Assembly (NCBI GenBank): GCA_964514595.1
Contig: CAZEQZ010000001.1
Location: forward strand, 1-41,913
DNA length: 41,913 nt
Origin: an uncultured Candidatus Saccharibacteria bacterium
GTDB lineage: Bacteria > Patescibacteriota > Dojkabacteria > SC72
Direction: 5' to 3'
The translations under genes and the position numbers were made by a program. The notes under the pieces are model-generated. The model was not told where the DNA came from. It searched no databases and was given only the letters and a program-made list of their open reading frames with translations. Numbering within the stretch: the first letter of the stretch is position 1; each line of letters begins with the position of its first letter. Positions 27,109 to 34,917 of this stretch are shown here, in pieces.

Positions 27109-27552
27109 ATGAAAATCAAGAACAAGAAAGCATTTTTTAATTATGAAATATCAGATACCTTTGAAGCGGGTGTTATTTTAACAGGCGCTGAAGTAAAAAG
27201 TATTAAGTCGGGAAGAATTAATCTGTCGGATTCTTACGTGAAGATAATAGGTGGGGAATTGTGGTTGGTTAATGCGGATATACCAAAGTACAAATACGAT
27301 GGTAGTGATAACTACGATTCAAAAAGGTCCAGGAAGCTGTTGGTAAGAAATAGGGAATTATTACAGATTGACACAAAGCTGAAACAGAAGAACCTTACAT
27401 TGATACCGGTTTCTGTGTATACTACTAGAGGCAAAGTTAAGGTAGAGGTGGGTTATGGTAAGGGGAGAAAAAGGCATGAAAAGAAAGAAAAGGAGAAGAG
27501 TAGGGACTTAGAAAGGGAGTTGCTATACGAGAAGAGAAAGTATGTGGTATAA
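27109..27552 (+). CDS. smpB: SsrA-binding protein
   Basis: NKKAFFNYEI...EAGVILTGAEVKSIK...RSRKLL...LTLIP. Confidence 0.95.
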   Translation: MKIKNKKAFFNYEISDTFEAGVILTGAEVKSIKSGRINLSDSYVKIIGGELWLVNADIPKYKYDGSDNYDSKRSRKLLVRNRELLQIDTKLKQKNLTLIPVSVYTTRGKVKVEVGYGKGRKRHEKKEKEKSRDLERELLYEKRKYVV

Positions 27553-27563
27553 TATTATAGGTT

Positions 27564-27920
27564 ATGAGTAATATAAACGAAATAGAGAAAATAGGAAAAC
27601 CAAGTATGGAACAGGAAATTATTCCTGTTTCTTCCGTTGGGGGAGATATTCCCCAGGAAATAACCCCTGTGTTAGAAGATAATGGTGTAGGAGAAATCCC
27701 TACCCAAGAAGGTGTAGATACCTTAGCTAAAGTCCCAGAGTCCTTAGAAAAATCTTCCGACAATATGTTGGATCTTTCTGTGTCAATAGGTTATGGGAGA
27801 GAACTTACCGGAGGTATTGGAAGCTTTACATTAGATGGAACAGGTTCTCAAACTTTGTCAGACATAGCAAGGGATGCTCTTCTAAGAAAAATGAAGGGAG
27901 AAATTCCTTCTGTAGAGTAG
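27564..27920 (+). CDS. Acidic hypothetical protein
   Basis: 118-aa ORF filling the gap; TGgTATAAT upstream. Confidence 0.6.
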   Translation: MSNINEIEKIGKPSMEQEIIPVSSVGGDIPQEITPVLEDNGVGEIPTQEGVDTLAKVPESLEKSSDNMLDLSVSIGYGRELTGGIGSFTLDGTGSQTLSDIARDALLRKMKGEIPSVE

Positions 27921-27980
27921 CTTTGATATATATATCCCTGTGTGATATTCTTTATTCATAAAGTATTGCTTTACTGTCAA

Positions 27981-30509
27981 ATGAATTCAAAAGAATTCAC
28001 ATATTCACAATTAGTAGGTCCAGTACCTAGTACCCAAAAGCCAGAAATAGAAACTGGTTCGAGTGTTGCATATCCTAAAGATACATATCAAGAATACTAC
28101 GGTCCTAGAGCTAGTATACCTTGGGGCTGGATAATATTCGTTTTGATTATTATTGGGGCCGTTGTTGGTGGATTTCTATACATTCAGAGAAGGCTTAGAA
28201 AAAAGGACAGAAATATAAAAGCAAAAGATGGGGTTTTGATGGAGGTGAGAGTTCCAAGAAATAATGAGGTGGAAATTGGGGTTGCAGAAAAAATGTTTGC
28301 TAATTTATATGGAATAGGGGGGAAGGCAGAAGGTATTGGGGAGAAATTTAGTGTTAGTAACTGTGTGTCTTTTGAAATGGTTGGCTTACCTGGGGAAATT
28401 AGATTCTTTGTGCACTGTCCAAGGAAATTGGCTGACCTAGTAGAAAAGCAAATATTGGGATCATACCAAGATGCTGATGTTGCAATTGTGAATGAATACA
28501 ATATATTTGCTCCTAAATCTGAATTGGCATATGCAAGATTAGGATTGGATGAAGAACCGTACTGTCCAATAAGGATGGCCGAGAACTTCACGGGAGATCC
28601 AATGGCAAATGTACTTAGTACACTGAGTAAGATGTCTGAGAATGAAGGTGCGGTAGTGCAGTTGGTAGTTGCCCCTGTGGATTCTAATTGGCAGAAGAAC
28701 GGTGCAAAGTTTGTACAGAAAGTAGAGAATAATAATTCAGATCCGGAGAAAAAGAAAATAAGTGTATCTCAAGAAAAACTTCAGGCAATTAGTAAGAAGA
28801 TATCCAAACCGGGCTTAATGGCCGAGATAAGGATAATTACAAGTGCTCCTGACAAGGGAATTGCAAAGATGCATCTGGATAATATTATCGGTGCCTTTGA
28901 CCAATATGGAAATCCAGGGATCAATAAATTAAAGAAGAGAAAAATAGCAACAAGTTACGAGAAGAACTTCGTATATGATGTTGTGTACAGAAGGGCTCCG
29001 GAGGATGAAAAAACAATCTTGAATCTTGAGGAGTTAGCAGCTTTGTACCATTTCCCTAACAAGGATGTTTCCACTCCGAATATTCATTGGCTACTTTCCA
29101 AAGAATTAATAGCAAGTAATGAAATAAGCTCTGATATTAATTCTAAAGATACTATATGGATAGGTAATAACTATTTTAGAGGGAAGAAGAAACCAATATG
29201 TTTTAAGAGAGATGATAGAAGAAGACATGCCTATATACTAGGTCAAACAGGTACAGGTAAATCGTGGTTAATGACAAGAATGATTCTTCAAGACATATAT
29301 AATGGGGATGGAGTTTGCTATGTAGATCCCCACGGAGAAGCTGCAGAGATGATACTTGAGAGAATTCCTCCGGACAGGGCGGAAGACGTTATATATTTTG
29401 ATGCAGGAGACTTTGAAAGACCTTTTGGTGTCAACATTATGGAGTACTATAATGAACAGCATAAACATCAGATAGTTAATAGCTTCATAGCACTTCTCAT
29501 ACGACTATTTGACCCACATAATCAAGGGTATGCTGGGCCAGCATTCCAACAGGCAGTTAGAAACTCAATGTTAACGGCTATGTCCAAGAAAGACTCTACG
29601 CTAATAGAGGTTGTTAGAATACTCCAAGATGAGGATTGGGTGATGAATTATTGGTTGCCTATGATCCAAGATGAATTGGTCAGGAGGTATTGGACGGACC
29701 AGGTAGCGAAAACAGATAAGAAGACAAAATCGGAAGCACTAACGTACTTCATATCCAAATTTGACAAATTCACAACTAATCTTGCCATTAGAAATATAAT
29801 AGGACAGTCGGTATCTTCATTCGATTTTAGAGAAGTAATGGATACGGGAAAGATACTGATAATCAACCTTTCGAAAGGAAAGCTAGGAGAAGAGAATATG
29901 TCATTCTTAGGTCTGTTACTAGTGCAGAAAATGTTAGCTGCTGCGTTGAGTAGGGAGAATGTCTCTGAGACCGAAAGAAAAGACTTCTTTTTCTATGCAG
30001 ATGAATTCCAAAATTTTGCGACTGAAGAATTTAATTCCATTCTTTCAGAAGCTAGGAAGTACCGACTCAATTTAACGGTAGCGCACCAATATATAGGGCA
30101 ATTACCTGAGGATATTAAGAATGCTGTGTTTGGGAATGTAGGCTCTCTTATTATAGCAAGGTGTAGTCCTGAGGATGCTGAATTTTTGGAAACACCTTTC
30201 GAATCATACATTAGTGCTATGGATATGGTTAATCAGGGGATAGGGCATTATTATGTTAAATTACTAAATGATGGTTCGTATCCGTCCCCATTTTCTTTAG
30301 ATGCTTTGTACGGTCCAAAATATCCAGATTCAGGATTTGAATTACCGGAAAATAAGGAAGTGGCAAGAATTATTAAAGAGATATCTAGGATGAAATATGG
30401 GAGAGATCTTAAAGTAGTTAATGATGATATTAGAGTAAGATCTCAGTTGGATAGGGAAGAGGAGAGGGTAGAAAAGAAACCAATGGGCTTCCCTCCCATG
30501 GGCTTCTAA
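27981..30509 (+). CDS. Membrane-anchored VirD4/TraG/VirB4-like (HerA-FtsK superfamily) ATPase
   Basis: N-terminal TM; DRRRHAYILGQTGTGKS, VDPHG, YADEFQNF and SEARKYRLNLTVAHQY. ATG 27981 is preferred over GTG 27942. Confidence 0.88.
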   Translation: MNSKEFTYSQLVGPVPSTQKPEIETGSSVAYPKDTYQEYYGPRASIPWGWIIFVLIIIGAVVGGFLYIQRRLRKKDRNIKAKDGVLMEVRVPRNNEVEIGVAEKMFANLYGIGGKAEGIGEKFSVSNCVSFEMVGLPGEIRFFVHCPRKLADLVEKQILGSYQDADVAIVNEYNIFAPKSELAYARLGLDEEPYCPIRMAENFTGDPMANVLSTLSKMSENEGAVVQLVVAPVDSNWQKNGAKFVQKVENNNSDPEKKKISVSQEKLQAISKKISKPGLMAEIRIITSAPDKGIAKMHLDNIIGAFDQYGNPGINKLKKRKIATSYEKNFVYDVVYRRAPEDEKTILNLEELAALYHFPNKDVSTPNIHWLLSKELIASNEISSDINSKDTIWIGNNYFRGKKKPICFKRDDRRRHAYILGQTGTGKSWLMTRMILQDIYNGDGVCYVDPHGEAAEMILERIPPDRAEDVIYFDAGDFERPFGVNIMEYYNEQHKHQIVNSFIALLIRLFDPHNQGYAGPAFQQAVRNSMLTAMSKKDSTLIEVVRILQDEDWVMNYWLPMIQDELVRRYWTDQVAKTDKKTKSEALTYFISKFDKFTTNLAIRNIIGQSVSSFDFREVMDTGKILIINLSKGKLGEENMSFLGLLLVQKMLAAALSRENVSETERKDFFFYADEFQNFATEEFNSILSEARKYRLNLTVAHQYIGQLPEDIKNAVFGNVGSLIIARCSPEDAEFLETPFESYISAMDMVNQGIGHYYVKLLNDGSYPSPFSLDALYGPKYPDSGFELPENKEVARIIKEISRMKYGRDLKVVNDDIRVRSQLDREEERVEKKPMGFPPMGF

Positions 30510-30543
30510 ATTCAAACATATTCTGGTAGAATCTTTCTGTTAC

Positions 30544-30617
30544 GGGAATATAGCTCAGGTGGTTAGAGCGCGGTTCTTATAAAGCCGTGGTCGGTGGTTC
30601 GAGTCCACCTATTCCCA
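30544..30617 (+). tRNA. tRNA-Ile(UAU)
   Basis: GGGAATA/TATTCCC acceptor stem, A discriminator, anticodon arm CGGTT-CTTATAA-AGCCG, T arm GGTGG-TTCGAGT-CCACC. Confidence 0.92.
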
Positions 30618-30625
30618 TTCCTTCC

Positions 30626-30700
30626 TACGTCCGGCTTGTACACAAACCAGTAGTACTATCTATACTATATGGGTATTATTAGTGAGATTTAATATTCTAT
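30626..30700 (+). repeat. 75-bp conserved non-coding element, copy A
   Basis: Aligns ungapped with 37594-37668 at 51/75 positions (hand count), with matches concentrated in blocks. Confidence 0.85.
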
Positions 30701-30709
30701 GAGTTACGT

Positions 30710-31597
30710 TTAAAGCTCCTTAAGACTCTTTTGCTCCTCTTCTTGCATCTTAACAAGATTAAGGTATTTTTCTGTAGTAGATAACCTCTTGTGTCCAACG
30801 AGTTTTGAGACCGTAACTAAGCTCACACCATTAGATAGATGATGTGCTATGAATGTGTTTCTTAAGTCATTAACCTTTGCATTCTTAATCCCTGCTTTTT
30901 CGAATGCTTTATCTATAGCGGTTCTAATATTTCTAACCAATAAAGGTCTTCCATTCTTCGTAACAAACAAAGTATCATCCTCTGTCTCTGGTCTCACTTG
31001 CAAATATTCATCTACGGCTTTCTTAGCTGATTTATTCAAAGGAACCTTCCTTGCAGGATGACTACCTGCAGCCTTTATATATAGAAAATCGATTCTCCCA
31101 TCTTTCGATTGTCTCAAGTCATCTAGCGTTAACCCTGCCAATTCTCCTATTCGGATACCGGTCTGAAGCAGTATTTCAACTATGGAGTAAAGTCTAACAT
31201 CAACTCTGCTTACATCCCTTAGAGCCCTGTACTCCATTTCAGTTAGCACTCTAGGAGGTTTGGTCTCAAACTTTGGGTGTGCTAATTTCTCGGACGGGTT
31301 ATCAGTAACATGGCCGTTCTCCAATAAATATCTGAAGAATGTTCTGGTACTATTAATCTTCCTAGAGATACTCTTTGGAGTGTAGTTGTTATCCTGTAAG
31401 TTTTGCTTATATTTCTCAAGGTCTTCTGTTTTGATATCCTCTATCTTGGCAATCCCTTCTTTAGAAAAGAAATTTAACAATTGCTCTATATCTTTGGAGT
31501 ATGCAATTACTGTTGATTCAGAACGACCTTTTGCTTGTAGATCTCCTACAAACTCCTCGGCTCTTTTCGCAAAATTGGGATTATTTATTGAACTCAC
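30710..31597 (-). CDS. Xer-like tyrosine recombinase
   Basis: SAM-like N-domain (S..TV.AY..D, SISRKINSTRTFFRYL); catalytic GIRIGE, NDLRNTF and LVGH....TTEKY; GTG start. Confidence 0.9.
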   Translation of the reverse strand: MSSINNPNFAKRAEEFVGDLQAKGRSESTVIAYSKDIEQLLNFFSKEGIAKIEDIKTEDLEKYKQNLQDNNYTPKSISRKINSTRTFFRYLLENGHVTDNPSEKLAHPKFETKPPRVLTEMEYRALRDVSRVDVRLYSIVEILLQTGIRIGELAGLTLDDLRQSKDGRIDFLYIKAAGSHPARKVPLNKSAKKAVDEYLQVRPETEDDTLFVTKNGRPLLVRNIRTAIDKAFEKAGIKNAKVNDLRNTFIAHHLSNGVSLVTVSKLVGHKRLSTTEKYLNLVKMQEEEQKSLKEL

Positions 31598-31727
31598 GGT
31601 TATTTTGTCTTAATTTAATATATGTTTTATGTATATAGAAAAAATTATATCACCACAGGGCGCAGAGAGCAATAATAAAAATATATAGGGCTTTTGAATA
31701 AAGTTATACATACTGTTAATATCTATT

Positions 31728-32174
31728 ATGGACAGATTTATATATAAAGAGAGAAGGAGCATTACAAGGAACGATAATGTAGAGGTATTTGCCGGACTAT
31801 TCAACAATATCATCACAAAGATACTTCTTTTAACGATATCTGTATTTCTTCTGTATAACGTAGCGCATTCTGTTAATATAACAGTTCAAAAGCTGGATAT
31901 ACTTAGAAGGGCCAAGGTAGAGGTGGATACCTTAAGATTAAAAAATTTAGAATTGGCAATGCTTCTAGGAAATATGCAGAGTAGGGAATATCTAGAGGTC
32001 CAGGCCAGGGATAGGTTGAATTTTGCAGGGGAAAAGGAATACGTTTTCGTAATACCAGAAAATGTGTTGGAAGAAGCAGGGGAGGACATGGACAATTTAT
32101 TGGGCATAAATGAAGTGGAGGAAATAAAACCTGTCTATGAAATATGGGAGGATTTTATTCTCAACGGTATTTGA
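31728..32174 (+). CDS. Septum formation initiator (FtsB/DivIC-like)
   Basis: TM, coiled coil, then EYLEVQARDRLNFAGEKEYVF. Confidence 0.75.
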   Translation: MDRFIYKERRSITRNDNVEVFAGLFNNIITKILLLTISVFLLYNVAHSVNITVQKLDILRRAKVEVDTLRLKNLELAMLLGNMQSREYLEVQARDRLNFAGEKEYVFVIPENVLEEAGEDMDNLLGINEVEEIKPVYEIWEDFILNGI

Positions 32175-32211
32175 ATTAAAGGGTTTTTGCTAGTATAATC
32201 ACTATTGTTAA

Positions 32212-32286
32212 CGCGGGGTAGAGCAGTGGAAGCTCGTCAGGCTCATAACCTGGAGGTCGTCGGTTCGAGTCCGACCCCCGCAACCA
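32212..32286 (+). tRNA. Initiator tRNA-fMet(CAU)
   Basis: CGCGGGG 5' end with C1:A72 mismatch, loop CTCATAA, encoded CCA; TATAAT upstream. Confidence 0.95.
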
Positions 32287-32317
32287 TATTTCCATGTTAA
32301 TTTTTTAATTAAAGCAT

Positions 32318-32878
32318 ATGCCATTAACAGATCAGCCAGTAAAAGGAATGTACATATTAGAAAATGGGAGAGTATTCCATTTACTTGATAGAAAGTTAAA
32401 AACCCAAGGAAGACAAGGAGGTTTAATTATAATGAAAAAGAAAGCATTAGATAATGGACAGGTCTTAACGGAAACTGTAAAGGCAGGAACAAAGGTGGAG
32501 TATATAACTCCAGAAACAAAGGAAATGCAATATCTGTACTCTGATCCTAGCGGTTCGTATTTTATGGATACCCAGACATACGAAACGGTGAATATTCAAA
32601 AGGATGTTCTGGGGGAGTATGTTAACTTTCTTAAAGAGGGTTCTACTCATTTAATAATGATGCATGAAGGTAATGTCTTAACAGTTAAGGAAAATCCTTC
32701 TGTTAATTTGGAAGTTACACAGGCAGAAGATACCGTAAAGGGAAACACTTCTAACTCTGCTACTAAGCAAGTTACTGTGGAAACGGGATACAAACTTCAA
32801 GTCCCGATGTTTATTAAAAAGGGTGATATGGTCAAGATAAACACAGAAACAGGCGGGTACTCTGGGAAGGCCAATTAA
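32318..32878 (+). CDS. efp: Elongation factor P
   Basis: MQYLY, YFMDTQTYE, KGNT...TKQVTVETG..LQVPMFI..GD.VKINT.TG.Y motifs. Confidence 0.92.
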   Translation: MPLTDQPVKGMYILENGRVFHLLDRKLKTQGRQGGLIIMKKKALDNGQVLTETVKAGTKVEYITPETKEMQYLYSDPSGSYFMDTQTYETVNIQKDVLGEYVNFLKEGSTHLIMMHEGNVLTVKENPSVNLEVTQAEDTVKGNTSNSATKQVTVETGYKLQVPMFIKKGDMVKINTETGGYSGKAN

Positions 32879-32919
32879 AATACATTTTTAACAACCTCTT
32901 TGATATAATAGGAAGTCTG

Positions 32920-32993
32920 GGTGGGATAGCTCAGTTGGTTAGAGCATGGGATTCATAAACCCAAGGTCGCTGGTTCGATTCCAGTTCCCACCA
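32920..32993 (+). tRNA. tRNA with CAU anticodon, probably elongator tRNA-Met
   Basis: GGTGGGA/TCCCACC acceptor stem, loop TTCATAA, TTCGATT. Ile2 identity cannot be excluded by eye. Confidence 0.88.
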
Positions 32994-33023
32994 TACTTTA
33001 TTACTAAATTGTATTCCTTAGCA

Positions 33024-34901
33024 ATGGATAAATCTAAAAATCAGAAAGAAGAAGATAAGATTGTGAGAATTGACATCAGGAAATTACCCAAACAGAAGAA
33101 GATGGGGACTCCTAGTATAGTTATGACTGTAATCCTCTCATTATTGCTAACAGGTGCAATATATCTTTTCAGGTCTATAAACTTTAAAGGAGAAGAGGTC
33201 TCTGTGAGTGAAATAGTTACTGATATTTCAGAAAAAGAGTATGACAAAATTATTCTTAAGGAAGATATGGTTCTTCTGGAAAGAAAGGAAGAGGAGAATG
33301 GTATGGAAATTCTATCCAGAAAATATGCTTTACTTCCTGCTGAAACAGATTTCTACCAGATCCTCACAAATGCAGAAATTAATGTTAAAGATTTGGAAAA
33401 CGATTTCTATGAACCAAGAATTGGCATTACTTTGGGAGATGTTTTGACGTTTCTATTCCTAGGTGCTGCGTTGATACTTGTATATGTGATGGTTAAAAAT
33501 ATGCAGGCATCAGGAGGGAAGATATTAGATTTTGGAGAGAGTAAAGCGAGACTTCTGATGGGCAAAAGAACAGGTGTCACATTCGACGATGTTGCTGGAA
33601 TAGATGAGGTTAAGGATGAATTAACAGAAATAATAGATTTTCTAAAGAATCCAAAGAAATATAGAAATTTAGGAGCAAGGATCCCTAGGGGAGTTCTCCT
33701 GACAGGAGACCCTGGAACTGGGAAGACACTTTTGGCTAAGGCTGTTGCAGGCGAGGCTGGTGTGCCATTTTTCCATACATCAGGATCGGAATTTGAGGAG
33801 ATGCTAGTAGGTGCGGGTGCATCCAGAGTTAGAGATTTGTTTAAAAAAGCTAGAAGGACATCTCCGTGTATAATTTTTGTTGATGAGATAGATGCAGTTG
33901 CGAAGAAAAGGGGGACAGTACTTCATTCAGGTGCAGGAGAGCAAACGTTGAATCAAATTCTTGTGGAAATGGATGGACTTGAGGAAAGGGAAAATGTCAT
34001 AGTACTTGCGGCTACTAATAGGCCAGATGTATTAGATCCCGCTATTCTCAGACCGGGAAGATTTGATAGAACGGTACATGTCCCAATGCCTGATTTTGAA
34101 GGGAGGGAAGCTATTTTGGGTGTTCATTCTAAGAATAAAAAGTTTGAGGAGGGAGTGGATTTAGGAACTTTAGCTAAAAAGACAATAGGATATTCAGGTG
34201 CTGATTTGGAAAATCTTCTCAACGAAGCAGCAATAATGGCTGCAAGGGAAGACAGAAAGAAAATAAGTCAAGAGGATTTGATGGAAGCATACTTAAAAGT
34301 TAAATTAGGAAGAAAGAAAAAAGGTGGGAAAGAGCAGGATGATATAAAACATACCGCGTACCACGAGGCAGGGCACGCAATTGTTGCTAAATTTACGGAG
34401 GGGTCAGATCCTGTAGAGCAAATTTCTATAATATCCAGAGGTATGAGTGGAGGTGTCACGGTATATCTCCCAGAGAAGGATAGGAAGTTTCTATTTAAAA
34501 AACAGATGTTGGCTTGGTTAAGAACTGGGGTAGGAGGAAGGGTTGCAGAAGAATTATTCATAGGAGACATATCAACTGGAGCATCTAACGATATTAGGCA
34601 GATTACTGAGGTTGCAAGGGAAATGGTTATGGATTTCGGGATGAGTGAAGATCTTGGCATGGTCAAGTATGGAAGCTTAGAGGAAACTAAGCATCTAGGG
34701 TATACATATGGTGGAGGAAGAGAGTATAGCGAAGAGACGGCTAAATTAATAGATGCAGAGGTCAAAAGATTAATAGATGAGGCCTATGTATATGTCCGAA
34801 ATCTTCTAAAAGAGAAAGAGGAGTATGTTGAAAAGCTAGTAAGTTTGCTTTTGGAGAAAGAAGTTGTGAGCGCAGAGGAGTTTGAGACATTGTTTAAGTA
34901 G
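33024..34901 (+). CDS. ftsH: ATP-dependent zinc metalloprotease FtsH
   Basis: Two TMs, GDPGTGKT, FVDEID, ATNRPDVLDPAILRPGRFDR and HEAGH. Start moved to ATG 33024 because 32946 lies inside the tRNA. Confidence 0.96.
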   Translation: MDKSKNQKEEDKIVRIDIRKLPKQKKMGTPSIVMTVILSLLLTGAIYLFRSINFKGEEVSVSEIVTDISEKEYDKIILKEDMVLLERKEEENGMEILSRKYALLPAETDFYQILTNAEINVKDLENDFYEPRIGITLGDVLTFLFLGAALILVYVMVKNMQASGGKILDFGESKARLLMGKRTGVTFDDVAGIDEVKDELTEIIDFLKNPKKYRNLGARIPRGVLLTGDPGTGKTLLAKAVAGEAGVPFFHTSGSEFEEMLVGAGASRVRDLFKKARRTSPCIIFVDEIDAVAKKRGTVLHSGAGEQTLNQILVEMDGLEERENVIVLAATNRPDVLDPAILRPGRFDRTVHVPMPDFEGREAILGVHSKNKKFEEGVDLGTLAKKTIGYSGADLENLLNEAAIMAAREDRKKISQEDLMEAYLKVKLGRKKKGGKEQDDIKHTAYHEAGHAIVAKFTEGSDPVEQISIISRGMSGGVTVYLPEKDRKFLFKKQMLAWLRTGVGGRVAEELFIGDISTGASNDIRQITEVAREMVMDFGMSEDLGMVKYGSLEETKHLGYTYGGGREYSEETAKLIDAEVKRLIDEAYVYVRNLLKEKEEYVEKLVSLLLEKEVVSAEEFETLFK

Positions 34902-34917
34902 TTGTAGAATTGTATAT

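Noticed and set aside
27564-27920. Three G(D/E)IP motifs in an acidic protein
   Set aside because: Too short and irregular to support a real repeat family.
32212-32286. Initiator tRNA with AGG/CCT instead of three G-C pairs in the anticodon stem
   Set aside because: A29-U41 is a known tolerated natural variant.
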